47,636 nt of DNA, from the NCBI GenBank assembly GCA_049287785.1, contig JBAQGL010000283.1:1-47636 (forward strand). Direction: 5' to 3'. This DNA is from Candidatus Dormiibacterota bacterium (lineage in GTDB: Bacteria; Chloroflexota; Dormibacteria; Aeolococcales; Aeolococcaceae). Each line of letters begins with the position of its first letter. The first letter of the stretch is position 1. The notes below the pieces were generated by a model that searched no databases, was not told the origin of the DNA, and saw nothing but the letters and a program-made list of their open reading frames with translations. The position numbers and the translations under genes were made by a program. Of this stretch, positions 26,174 through 34,897 are shown piece after piece.

Positions 26174-27301
26174 CTACGAGATCGCCGCGTCGATCTCCTC
26201 GAGCATCGCGTGGATCTCGGGCCTGGCGAAATGGATCCGCGCGGGCTCGAGAAAGTCGATGAGGCGCTCGGTCAGCCCCGCCTTGGCGTCCATGGGATGG
26301 AGCGAGCCGTCGACGTAGGCGGCGGTCACCTGGTCGTTGGTGTCGAACACCACCCGTCCGCCGTTGGCCTCTGATCGGTCGACCACGAAGGGGCCTCCGG
26401 CGATCCCGAAGACGAGCTTGTCGATCCAGTCGAGGATGGGGTTGAACGTGACCTCGCCCGGTGGGCAGAACGCCTTGCGGATCTTGGCCTTGATCTCGTC
26501 AGGACTGTCATGAACAAAGACCGCCGAGCCGGGATCGCTCTTGCTCATCTTCATCGCCGAGAACACGTCGCGCGCCGCGGAGGGTGGAACCGGCCACACC
26601 GGGGGGCGGCGCAGGCCGAGCAGCAGCGGATGGTGCAGCGCGACCGGCTTCATGGGTGCGCCGTCGATCCCGCGAACCGCATGGATGCGCATCTGCATCG
26701 CGACGTCGCGGGCGATCACGTGCGCCTTGCGCTGGTCCATGCCGGCGTGGGCGATGTGAACGCCGAGCGTGAAGATGTCGGCCGCCTGCATCGCCGGGTA
26801 GATGAGCTTGGCGAAGTCGATGCTCTCGCGCTCCTGACGGCCGAGGATGCTGATGCTGCGCTGCATCCGCGCCAGTGTCGTGTTCTTGCTCACCTCGATG
26901 ACCGTGGCCCAGTACTCGGTGTCGTCGCGGTAGAGATCCGATGCCAGCACGAACTCCACGGAACCGGGGTCGCCGTCGACACACAGGAGCGACGCACGGA
27001 ATGCCTCGGTGAAGTATCCGGTCGCAATCCGGCGGATCAGGTCGCGGTCGCCACCCAGCTTGTCGTTGATCCAGGTGTGCCAGTCGGCGAGGAGCACGGA
27101 GCAATGGACGCCCGCGGCGGTCAGGTCGCGGACCTTGGCCATGCTCATGATCCCGGTGCCGAGGTGCGCCTTGCCGGAGATCTCGAATCCGATGTAGTGG
27201 CGCAGCTCGAGACCGGCGTCCATCAGGGGCGGCAGCTCGTCCGCGCCGATCACCTCGGCGGTGTTGCGCTCGACAAGCGCCATGCGTTCAGCGGTGGTCA
27301 C
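26174..27301 (-). CDS. tyrS: tyrosine--tRNA ligase, archaeal/eukaryotic type
   Basis: Collinear with remembered Methanocaldococcus TyrRS: ERNTAEVIGADEL / KRNTSEIISEEEL; HYIGFEISGKAHLG / AYIGFEPSGKIHLG; IYPAMQAADI / IYPIMQVNDI; KMSKS; KIRKAFCPPGEV / KIKKAYCPAGVV; LHPMDAKAGLTERLIDFLEPAR / LHPMDLKNAVAEELIKILEPIR. There is no bacterial S4-like C-terminal domain. GTG start. Confidence 0.8.
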   Translation of the reverse strand: MTTAERMALVERNTAEVIGADELPPLMDAGLELRHYIGFEISGKAHLGTGIMSMAKVRDLTAAGVHCSVLLADWHTWINDKLGGDRDLIRRIATGYFTEAFRASLLCVDGDPGSVEFVLASDLYRDDTEYWATVIEVSKNTTLARMQRSISILGRQERESIDFAKLIYPAMQAADIFTLGVHIAHAGMDQRKAHVIARDVAMQMRIHAVRGIDGAPMKPVALHHPLLLGLRRPPVWPVPPSAARDVFSAMKMSKSDPGSAVFVHDSPDEIKAKIRKAFCPPGEVTFNPILDWIDKLVFGIAGGPFVVDRSEANGGRVVFDTNDQVTAAYVDGSLHPMDAKAGLTERLIDFLEPARIHFARPEIHAMLEEIDAAIS

Positions 27302-27362
27302 GTCCGCTGAGTGTGCCAGACGCGTGTCAGGCGGTGAGGTCAGTCCGCGTCAGCCGGTCTGG

Positions 27363-27701
27363 TCAATCGTCGTGCGTGTCGTCGTATGCGACGCGGTGCG
27401 GCGCGACTTTGTCGAGGAGATCCGCTTCCCAGTCCAGCAGCGCATCGTGCAGGCGGGCGGTGTTGCGGGCCTGCCACAGCGCCGGAGGAGCTGGGACGGG
27501 AAGGACGACCTCGAGCTCTGCGAGCTGCCGCCACATGTCCGGTGGGACCTGGCGGTCACGCTGCAGGTTGTGATGCTCGACGCTGTCGAGGACGCGTTCG
27601 AGCCGCTGAATGTGCTCGATGCGAAGCCTGCGTCGGGCTTTCTCGTCTTCGGCGCGGGCTTTCGCCGCGTCCATGTCAGTGATTGCGCTCTGGAAGCTCA
27701 T
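27363..27701 (-). CDS. hypothetical helical protein (112 aa)
   Basis: Clean ORF between the S51 peptidase and tyrS genes on the same strand. Charged coiled-coil-like N-terminus (AKARAEDEKARRRLRIEHIQRLERVLD). No recognisable motif. Confidence 0.45.
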   Translation of the reverse strand: MSFQSAITDMDAAKARAEDEKARRRLRIEHIQRLERVLDSVEHHNLQRDRQVPPDMWRQLAELEVVLPVPAPPALWQARNTARLHDALLDWEADLLDKVAPHRVAYDDTHDD

Positions 27702-27767
27702 TGTCGTCTGCCGTCTCTCGTGATGCCTTCGCTGATCAGGTTATCCACCCTGTCATAGATGTAAACG

Positions 27768-27820
27768 GAGCAGGGTTACGTTCGGATTACGGCCTGAGCA
27801 GGGTTAAGGTTCCGGATTCG
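27768..27820 (-). repeat. two imperfect direct repeats (period 28 nt) upstream of a candidate promoter
   Basis: Minus strand reads AATCCGGAACCTTAACCCTGCTC ... AATCCGAACGTAACCCTGCTC, followed by TTTACA-N16-TAACCT. An inverted ACCCTG copy (CAGGGT) sits inside the spacer. Confidence 0.5.
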
Positions 27821-28511
27821 ACATCTCGTCGATCTTTTCGCCTGCGATGTGACGGCGACGCAGTGCTCCTTGCAGGATCGTGACCGCTCCGGGCCCGACG
27901 ACTTCCCAGCTGCCGTCGCGGAGGACCGCGGCGGTGCGCTCGTCGATACCGATCACCTGTGCCTCCTCGACGAGTCCCTCCTGAGCCCACGGGATCCAGG
28001 CGTCGCCGAGCACGTCGAAGTGGGGGAGGATGGCGCACCCCGGAACCAGACCCAGGGCATCCACGGAGCGCTCGTCGACCTCACCAGGCCAGCTCGTCTG
28101 GACGAGGCACCACTCGCAGAGCGCCATGGCGCCCGCGGATGAGCCGGCAAGCGCCGCCCCGGAACGCCATGCGGCGGCGATCGCCTTCCAGACGGGGCTC
28201 GCCCGCAATACCTCGACGACCCAACCGGGATCGCCGCCGGCGATGTAGACGAGTCCTGCACCCTCGGCGGCGGCGACGACTTCCGGCGAGCACGCGTCCT
28301 CCTTGGTGCGGATGCGCAGCTCGTGCACGTCCAGACCCAGTCCGGCGAACCAGTGACGAGCTGCCTCAACGGCTCCCGACGCAAAGTCCTGCGCAGCGGT
28401 CGCGACAACGTAGGCCGGTCGCCCGCCACACGCGTCTCGAAGAATTTCGTCCTGGTGTTCGTTTCCCGGGTGGAACTCGTCGCCGCCGACGAGTGCGAGT
28501 GGTCCGTACAT
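27804..28511 (-). CDS. peptidase S51 family protein (cyanophycinase / dipeptidase E-like, type 1 glutamine amidotransferase fold)
   Basis: LALVGGDEF..., GLVYIAGGDPG and the nucleophile motif AGSSAGAMALCEW. ~235 aa. Confidence 0.7.
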   Translation of the reverse strand: MYGPLALVGGDEFHPGNEHQDEILRDACGGRPAYVVATAAQDFASGAVEAARHWFAGLGLDVHELRIRTKEDACSPEVVAAAEGAGLVYIAGGDPGWVVEVLRASPVWKAIAAAWRSGAALAGSSAGAMALCEWCLVQTSWPGEVDERSVDALGLVPGCAILPHFDVLGDAWIPWAQEGLVEEAQVIGIDERTAAVLRDGSWEVVGPGAVTILQGALRRRHIAGEKIDEMSNPEP

Positions 28512-28581
28512 CTACGACAGTCTCCGCTCTTTCGGGAAAAGTAGCGCGCGCACTGCTTCCCCCTACACTCTCAGCGCGCTC

Positions 28582-29334
28582 ATGATGGATCCAGAAAAGT
28601 ACGCGTCCGCGACAGTGATGTCACGGCGCGACCCTGCAACAGACCTGTGGATCATTCGAATCCGTACCGAGATCGAATTGCCGTACCGGCCTGGCCAGTA
28701 CGTGACGCTCGGCCTCCAGTCGAACGGCCGGGTGATCGAACGGCCGTATTCGATCTGTTCGTCGCCGCTGGAGAACGAGATCGAACTGTTTATCGAGCGA
28801 GTGCCGGAGGGCGAGCTCTCCGATCCGCTGTTCGCGGTCGGTGTCGGTGGCGAGGTGATTGTTCGCCGGCGTACCAAAGGCCTCTTCCTGCGCGACGCTC
28901 CGCTCGTCGACGAGCCACACCTCTTCGTCGCCACGGTCACCGGGGTCGCGCCGTTTGTGAGCCTCCTGCGGACACTCGCGTCACGAGCCAGGTCGGGGGA
29001 ATGGACGCCGGTCCCGGTGATCATCATCCAGGGAGCGGCGCGCTCAGCCGAGCTCGGATATGCCGGCGAACTGGTGGCCCTGGCGAAGGAGTTCGACTGG
29101 TTCACCTACGTGCCCACGGTCAGCCGCCCCTGGGAGGACCCGGAGTGGCGCGGCGAGCTGGGACGGGTTGAGGATGTGATGCGCAAGTACGCGGACGCCG
29201 CCGAGATGCGCCCTGGGTATGGCGGCGTGTACCTCTGCGGTCATCCCGGGATGATCAGCGGAGCCCGCGCGATCATGCGACGCGCCGGATTCGACAACAA
29301 GGCGATCCGCGAAGAGCAGTACTGGCCGGATTGA
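28582..29334 (+). CDS. ferredoxin--NADP(+) reductase-type FAD/NAD(P)-binding oxidoreductase
   Basis: RPYSICSSP (RxYS FAD motif), GQYVTLGL, FVATVTGVAPFVSLL (NADP motif) and VYLCGHPGM near the C-terminus. Confidence 0.8.
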   Translation: MMDPEKYASATVMSRRDPATDLWIIRIRTEIELPYRPGQYVTLGLQSNGRVIERPYSICSSPLENEIELFIERVPEGELSDPLFAVGVGGEVIVRRRTKGLFLRDAPLVDEPHLFVATVTGVAPFVSLLRTLASRARSGEWTPVPVIIIQGAARSAELGYAGELVALAKEFDWFTYVPTVSRPWEDPEWRGELGRVEDVMRKYADAAEMRPGYGGVYLCGHPGMISGARAIMRRAGFDNKAIREEQYWPD

Positions 29335-29705
29335 TGATCGCCTCGATCGACTGGGTGACCCTGCATCAGAAGTTCGGCTTCGTGCTCGTGGTTGCGGCCG
29401 TGCTGGGAGCGCTCATCGGGCTGCTGTCGCTGGTAACGCCGTTGGTGGGCTTCGCTCTCAAGATCTACCTGCGCCTCCTCCTGCTGGCGGTGGCGTTGCA
29501 GGTGATCCTCGGTGGCGCCCTGTACCTCATGGGCCATCGAGCGGTCCACGAGTTGCACTACCTGTACGGCGCCGCGATGGCCGTGACGCTGGGGGTGACG
29601 TTCGCCGTCGGCCGGCGCACTCCATGGCCGCTCTCGAAGCTCCCGCTGGTCATCGGAGCCATCGTCGCCGTCGTCTTCGCGGTGCTCGCACTCATTTCCG
29701 GATGA
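29334..29705 (+). CDS. small 4-TM membrane protein, unknown function
   Basis: Four hydrophobic helices. ATG 29334 overlaps the FNR stop (TGATG); a TTG at 29331 is also possible. Confidence 0.5.
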   Translation: MIASIDWVTLHQKFGFVLVVAAVLGALIGLLSLVTPLVGFALKIYLRLLLLAVALQVILGGALYLMGHRAVHELHYLYGAAMAVTLGVTFAVGRRTPWPLSKLPLVIGAIVAVVFAVLALISG

Positions 29706-30477
29706 GCGAAGCGGCCACTCCAGCCGCGGGCAGCGGCGGACGGTCGAGCACGACCACGTTGAAACGGGAGCGCATGCGGATCAGGCCCGCGAGCACAGGC
29801 GCGCCGAGGACTGCCACCGCAAGAGCATTGCCCAGCGCTCGGAAGCTGTCGTACACCAGTGAAGTGGTCACGTAGAACCGGCCGAACCGAGCGAGCGCAG
29901 TGGCGGGCGAGAGGCCGGCTTGCCATCCGAACCCAGGAGTCCCCCGATAGAAGGTGGTCCAATCCCACACGTCGAGCAGCGCGCCGTAGGCGAAGCCGGT
30001 CACCACACCAACAGCGGCGAGCACCGTGACGTCCCGCCATGTGACCGGGCCGGAGCGTCGCAAACCCGCTAGCCCGGCTGCCAGCCCGACGAATCCACAT
30101 CCCATCATCTCGTAGGGGAGCCACGGCCCAATCCCTCCGGTGGCGACAGCGGACGCGAGCAGAGCAACCGACCCTGCGAGGAACCCGTACGAGGGGCCGT
30201 ACACGTATCCGGCGGCTAGGATCAGAAAGAAAACCGGGCTGAAGCCACCGAGCCCGGTGACGAGGACGAGCCGCAGCGCGGCGTCGATGGCGGCAATCGC
30301 AGCCAGCAACGCGAACCGGCGCGCGTCGAGACGTCGCGTAGCGGCCTCGACGAAGATCAGCACAGCGACGACGCCGAGGCTCAGAGCGACCGATGTCGCC
30401 GCCGGCGGCGTGTCCGACGCGACGAACGGCCAGAGGAACAGCGCCAACCCGGCAATGGAGATCGCCGCAACCCTCAT
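29692..30477 (-). CDS. putative ECF transporter substrate-capture (S) component
   Basis: Polytopic membrane protein, last gene of the riboswitch-controlled ECF operon. Its ATG overlaps the EcfA stop (ATGA at 30474..30477). Assignment is by context and topology only. Confidence 0.55.
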   Translation of the reverse strand: MRVAAISIAGLALFLWPFVASDTPPAATSVALSLGVVAVLIFVEAATRRLDARRFALLAAIAAIDAALRLVLVTGLGGFSPVFFLILAAGYVYGPSYGFLAGSVALLASAVATGGIGPWLPYEMMGCGFVGLAAGLAGLRRSGPVTWRDVTVLAAVGVVTGFAYGALLDVWDWTTFYRGTPGFGWQAGLSPATALARFGRFYVTTSLVYDSFRALGNALAVAVLGAPVLAGLIRMRSRFNVVVLDRPPLPAAGVAASLIRK

Positions 30478-31841
30478 GCCACAGCCACCGGCGCAAGCTC
30501 TCTGGCGCTGCCGGCGCCGACGGCGATGATGCGATCAGCAAACGCCGCCACCAGGTTCTTGTCGTGTGTGGCAATTACCACCGAGCTCCCGGATTCGCGC
30601 ATGCGCGCGACCGCTCGGCACAATGCGCCCCGGGCGGCGTCATCCATGCCACGGGTCGGCTCATCGAGGAGGGCGATCCGCGGAGCACCGGCGAGGACGG
30701 CGGCTATCGCGGCACGCTGGCGTTCGCCGGTACTCAGGTCGCGCGGATCTCGTCCGGTGAGGTGGGTGAGTCCCAGCTCGTCGATGAGCAATGTCGGATC
30801 GTTCCCGGGGGCGTCGCCGCGCACCGTCCACGCGACCTCGGCGGCGACGGTGGCGCGGTGCAGCAGCGCCATCGGGTTTTGTGGGAGGAACGCAACTCGT
30901 CCGGGTCCCCGATCCACCCGCCCGCCACTGGGCTGCAGCAGCCCGGCGATGGTCCGCAGCAATGTCGTCTTCCCGCCTCCGTTGGGTCCGACCAGGGCGA
31001 TCACCTCGCCCTCGTGTCCTGCCAGGGAGATCCCTTCGAGGATGGGCGTGCGCGCCGGGCCGGTGGCGACGTCGCTCAACTCCCATGCGATCGTTGAGGG
31101 GCCGGCTCTGAGACCGCCGCGACCTCCGGTTCCGTCGACGATGCGGCGCGTACCCGGAGTCGCGCCCTCGGCAACGTGGCCGCCTTCGACCGCGATCACT
31201 CGCCCGTCGAGCGAAGCAAGCTGGTCGAGGCGGTGTTCGGCGACGACGATGGCGGTTCCCGCTCTCGCGAGCGCTGCGAGGATCGAAACCACGGAGCGCG
31301 CGCCATCCTCGTCGAGCTGCGAGAGCGGCTCATCGAGGACGAGGAGGCGCGGACGCATCGCCAGGACGCCGGCGAGCGCGAGGCGCTGGCGCTCACCCCC
31401 GGAAAGCGTGGCGACCGCCCGCCCGCGGAGATGTGCGATGCCTGTCTGGTGCAGTGCCTCGCCGACGCGCTGCGCCATCGCTCCCGGAGGCATGGCGATG
31501 TTCTCGAGTCCAAAGGCGACGTCACGCTCGACGGTCGGATACACGGATTGCAACTCGGGGTCCTGAAACACGAATCCGACCTCGGTGGCGAGCACCCGCG
31601 TTGCGGTGGTGACGACGTTGTGCCCCAGCACCTCGGCCCGTCCTCCGACAGTGCCGCCATGAAAATGCGGCACCAGCCCGTTGAAGACGCGCAGGAGCGA
31701 CGACTTGCCCGAGCCCGACCGACCCGTGACCAGCGTGAGCCCCTCATCAACTCGCAGATCGGCCATGTCGAGGGCGTTGACGCTTGCCGCGGGATATCGA
31801 TAGGTGAACTGCACGAGCGAGGCGATGTTGCTGTCGCTCAT
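30474..31841 (-). CDS. ECF/cobalt-type ABC transporter ATP-binding protein, duplicated (EcfA-EcfA' fusion)
   Basis: Two complete ABC cassettes: GRSGSGKSS / LSGGERQRLALAGVLA / LLVLDEPLSQLD, and GPNGGGKTT / LSTGERQRAAIAAVLA / IALLDEPTRGMD. ATG 31841 forms an ATGA overlap with the EcfT stop. Confidence 0.9.
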   Translation of the reverse strand: MSDSNIASLVQFTYRYPAASVNALDMADLRVDEGLTLVTGRSGSGKSSLLRVFNGLVPHFHGGTVGGRAEVLGHNVVTTATRVLATEVGFVFQDPELQSVYPTVERDVAFGLENIAMPPGAMAQRVGEALHQTGIAHLRGRAVATLSGGERQRLALAGVLAMRPRLLVLDEPLSQLDEDGARSVVSILAALARAGTAIVVAEHRLDQLASLDGRVIAVEGGHVAEGATPGTRRIVDGTGGRGGLRAGPSTIAWELSDVATGPARTPILEGISLAGHEGEVIALVGPNGGGKTTLLRTIAGLLQPSGGRVDRGPGRVAFLPQNPMALLHRATVAAEVAWTVRGDAPGNDPTLLIDELGLTHLTGRDPRDLSTGERQRAAIAAVLAGAPRIALLDEPTRGMDDAARGALCRAVARMRESGSSVVIATHDKNLVAAFADRIIAVGAGSARELAPVAVA

Positions 31842-32662
31842 CGCCGCCATACCAGAACCGGGAGGGCGAGGGCCAGGCAGCACGCGACACCGAACCCGTT
31901 GACCGGCGGCGCCGTGATATCGGGGAAGGGATACCAGTCACCGATGACGCCCACGAGACGGAGCGCCACGAACGCGACGGCGGCAGCCGGCGCAACCACG
32001 CACACCGCGATGTCGGACCACCCCCACACAACGGCGCCATAGTGGGTTCGCGCTCCCGAGCCGTACCCACGCGCCTCCATCGCTTCGGCGAGGGTGATCG
32101 AGCTCTCGAGCGCGGTCAGCACCACTGGCACGGCGAGATCCGGCCACTCGCGGACACGGCCGGGACGCCACCCACGCATCCGTTGCGCGTCGCGGATCTC
32201 GGTTGCGCTGCGCGCGATCCCCGGGATCAGGTTGAGCGCCGTCCCGATCGCCGCACCGGTACGCGCGAGGGCACTGGGAAGCGCGTCAACCAGCGAGTTC
32301 GGCATGAGCACCAGGGACAGCGGTGCCGCCGCGAGCACGGCCGCCGCGATGCCAACCCCGGTCGATGCGCCGAAGAACACCGCCTCGACGGTCAACACGC
32401 CGCCGAGCACCGGGATCGCCGGTGGCAGCACCAGGAATGCGTGGTCCCCTGTGTGGCTGGCGAGCGTCGTGACGGCGATGGCGATCAACCCCGCGACCAC
32501 CAGCGCGATGCCCAGTCCGTGGAGGGAGACGTCTGGTCGGCGCAGCGCGACGAGCACATTGAGTGCGCAGAGCAGGACGAGCACTCGATACACCGGATTC
32601 CCGGTGGCGAGCGCGATCGTGATGCTCGAGAGTGACCAGGCTGCAAGCGCGCGCGGGTTCAT
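31838..32662 (-). CDS. energy-coupling factor transporter transmembrane (T) component, CbiQ/EcfT family
   Basis: Polytopic protein with the conserved coupling-helix motif region (IRDAQRMRG...LAEAMEARGYG). ATGA overlap with the upstream gene at 32659..32662. Confidence 0.85.
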   Translation of the reverse strand: MNPRALAAWSLSSITIALATGNPVYRVLVLLCALNVLVALRRPDVSLHGLGIALVVAGLIAIAVTTLASHTGDHAFLVLPPAIPVLGGVLTVEAVFFGASTGVGIAAAVLAAAPLSLVLMPNSLVDALPSALARTGAAIGTALNLIPGIARSATEIRDAQRMRGWRPGRVREWPDLAVPVVLTALESSITLAEAMEARGYGSGARTHYGAVVWGWSDIAVCVVAPAAAVAFVALRLVGVIGDWYPFPDITAPPVNGFGVACCLALALPVLVWRR

Positions 32663-33465
32663 TCGCGACGCCGGCGACGAACGCTGGTGCCGAGCAGGCC
32701 GATCAGGGCGCCGGCCCCGATCGCGGCGAGCAGGATCCCGACGTTGATCCCCGGCTGGTCACCCGGCGAGCGCAGGGAGGCCACCGGCGCCGAGGTGGCG
32801 CCGGGGGTCGCCACCGCGAGGATCCCGGCCGTGGGCGTCGTCGACAGAGTCGGCGTGGCCGGGTTCGGCGTCACTGGGTTACCTGACGAAGAGGATGGGG
32901 TCCGCTGCGTGGGAGTGGACCTCACGCTTGGCGCGGGCGTCCGCGTCGGCGCCGGCGGCGGGGTCACCACCGGGCAGGTGCCGGCAGGTGACGCAGGCGG
33001 TGGGTCGGCACCGGTCTGGGAGTCGTAGCGAAAGCCGATGTCGTCGCCATTGGCGACGGTCAGATTCGAGGCACCGAGGTCCGAGTTGACCCACGCGCCT
33101 CCGGCACGCGACACGAAGAGCACCCAGTACAGACCGGTGGAGGTGAAGCAGCCCGGCGGATAGGTCGCCGGCTCGTGGTCGATCTGGCAGACCGCCGCGC
33201 CGAGACCTCCTCCGTACGACGAGATCCCCACCTCGAGGCCGCTGGCCTGCAGGACATCGAGCGCCGTTGCGGTCGGCGTGTCGAACCCGACGCATCGACG
33301 GACCACCTGCCCGTCGCCGTGCTCAACCACGAGACCGACACGGTGCGAGAAGGCCGCCAGCGCGCACAGCGGGTTCGCGGGACCGATACGGACAGCAGCC
33401 GAGGCGGCACCGATGCCCATAACCAGCAGGGGCAGCGCGAGGACGACGCAAAGCAGCCGTCGCAT
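32659..33465 (-). CDS. secreted, C-terminally tail-anchored DUF4430 / transcobalamin beta-domain-like protein
   Basis: Signal peptide MRRLLCVVLALPLLVMGIGAASA. The domain ends ...GLYWVLFVSRAGGAWVNSDLGASNLTVANGDDIGFRY (W..fv....W..s..Ga....v.nGD.i.f.Y pattern). Then a Pro/Thr linker, a C-terminal TM helix and an RRRRRE tail. GAGGG RBS lies 7 nt before ATG 33465. Confidence 0.65.
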   Translation of the reverse strand: MRRLLCVVLALPLLVMGIGAASAAVRIGPANPLCALAAFSHRVGLVVEHGDGQVVRRCVGFDTPTATALDVLQASGLEVGISSYGGGLGAAVCQIDHEPATYPPGCFTSTGLYWVLFVSRAGGAWVNSDLGASNLTVANGDDIGFRYDSQTGADPPPASPAGTCPVVTPPPAPTRTPAPSVRSTPTQRTPSSSSGNPVTPNPATPTLSTTPTAGILAVATPGATSAPVASLRSPGDQPGINVGILLAAIGAGALIGLLGTSVRRRRRE

Positions 33466-33475
33466 CAGGCGGCCC

Positions 33476-34897
33476 TCACGCTCCTCGCCGCCGGCGGGCA
33501 CCGACGGCAACGCCGCCCGCGATGACGGCCGCCACAAGTGCTGCGATCAGGTAGATGACCGCGGTCGGGAATCCGCTCGCCGCATTGGGTGTCGCGGCGA
33601 TTGCCGGTAACGGGCTCGGAGTCGGCGTTGAGGAGCCGGGCGCGGTAGCCGGCCTGCTTGCGGGCACCTGAGTAGGCGTCGGTGTCGCGGCGATGCCGAG
33701 CACGGACCCGGCCGGCGTCGGCGATGCCGGCGAGCCACCGGTCGCCTGACCGGCCGAAGGCCGCGGTGTGAGCGTCGGGGTCGGCCTGGGTGTGGCGGTC
33801 GGCGCGGGTGTGGGGGTCGGCGAGGGCCCGCTCAGCGTCGATCCCGGAACGAAGCAGTGCGCAGTGCCGCAGGCCAGCGGGTACGCCGCCCGCTCCAATG
33901 CGGGCGGGACCTGGGCGGTGGTGAAGGGATCGGGGGCGGGGTTGCCGGGGAAGGTGAAGCCGCCGTTGGCGTTCTGGGTGGCGAGCAGTTCAGCGAGGGG
34001 CGCGTGCCCAGCGGGGGCCCAGGCAGGTGCCTGCGGGTTCTGCCCGGTGGCGATCAGCGCCTGGAGGACGAGCGCGGTGGAATCAGGGTCGGTGCCCGAT
34101 CCGGCCTGGTAGGGGAAGCCCCCGTCAGCGTCCTGCTGGGTGTGCAGCCAGGTGAGCGCGGAGCGATCCCGGCCGTGCATCCCGGCGGCGTCCAGGGTCA
34201 TGAGCACCATGGCCGTGGAGTTGGTGTCGCTGGTGTCGAAGTTGGTGCCGGAGTTGGGATCGTCCTTGATGAGCAGGTAGTCCCAGCCCCCATCGCTGTC
34301 CTGGGCGGCGACGAGATGATTGAGGGCAGCCGGCGGCACCGGTTGGTGGGCTGCGACCAGGCCCTGGATGGCGAGGGTCTGGATGAATGCCTCGCCGTTG
34401 CCGAAGACGCCGGTGGTGGGGGCGTAGAACCCGTCGAGGGTGGTGAGCAGGTCGATGCCCCCGAAGGCGGCGGGGGTGAGCCCGGCGGCGGCGACCGCCT
34501 GGATCAGCTCCCCGCAGGCCCCTGCCGAGCCGCAGGCCGCGGCGGCATGCGCGGCGAGATAGGCCATGACCGAGGGGCCGGACCCGTGGCGAAGCGCACC
34601 GGGGTCGTAGCCGGCGGCGGCGGCCCCGATCGCGTACTCCTCGCTCACCGCATCGGTACTCGCCCCCGCCGGGACCGACCCGTCACTCCCCGACTGCAGC
34701 CCCTGCAGGTAGAGGATCGCCCGCGATGCGGCGTCCACCTGCGTGTCCGCGCTGCTGGTTCCGAGAGCGAAGGCGAGCAGCGCTACGCCTGTTGCTGCAG
34801 TGGTCGCCAATGCGGCGACCCTCCTGGTCCGACCCATGTCCGGCACCCCACGCGGCGAACGGGGACTCCACCCTTGCCGGAGTCGTCCTCGCCGCAT
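33476..34897 (-). CDS. secreted, C-terminally tail-anchored prenyltransferase/terpene-cyclase-repeat (alpha/alpha toroid) protein
   Basis: Repeats QSGSDGSVP, QDSDGGWDY, QQDADGGFPYQ and QNANGGFTFPG spaced ~45-50 aa apart. N-terminal signal with TRRVAAL. Pro/Thr linker, TM helix and RRRRGA tail. GGGAGGAAG RBS lies 7 nt before ATG 34897. Confidence 0.75.
   Translation of the reverse strand: MRRGRLRQGWSPRSPRGVPDMGRTRRVAALATTAATGVALLAFALGTSSADTQVDAASRAILYLQGLQSGSDGSVPAGASTDAVSEEYAIGAAAAGYDPGALRHGSGPSVMAYLAAHAAAACGSAGACGELIQAVAAAGLTPAAFGGIDLLTTLDGFYAPTTGVFGNGEAFIQTLAIQGLVAAHQPVPPAALNHLVAAQDSDGGWDYLLIKDDPNSGTNFDTSDTNSTAMVLMTLDAAGMHGRDRSALTWLHTQQDADGGFPYQAGSGTDPDSTALVLQALIATGQNPQAPAWAPAGHAPLAELLATQNANGGFTFPGNPAPDPFTTAQVPPALERAAYPLACGTAHCFVPGSTLSGPSPTPTPAPTATPRPTPTLTPRPSAGQATGGSPASPTPAGSVLGIAATPTPTQVPASRPATAPGSSTPTPSPLPAIAATPNAASGFPTAVIYLIAALVAAVIAGGVAVGARRRRGA

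Noticed and set aside
26174-27301. TyrRS-like gene as a cyclodipeptide synthase or other truncated class Ic paralogue
   Set aside because: It retains KMSKS, a HIGH-region equivalent, the tyrosine-pocket Tyr/Asp positions and the full anticodon-binding C-terminal region collinear with archaeal TyrRS. It therefore looks like a genuine synthetase.
28582-29705. FNR-type reductase plus coupled 4-TM protein as a split ferric-reductase/NOX-like transmembrane electron-transfer unit
   Set aside because: The small protein's histidines (H12, H69, H73, H76) all lie in predicted loops rather than within TM helices. Bis-His heme ligation is therefore not supported.
34837-34897. Internal ATG 34837 (MGRTRRVAAL...) as the start of the prenyltransferase-like gene
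   Set aside because: ATG 34897 has a strong GGGAGGAAG RBS at ideal spacing, and that RBS is integrated into the riboswitch expression platform. No comparable RBS precedes 34837.
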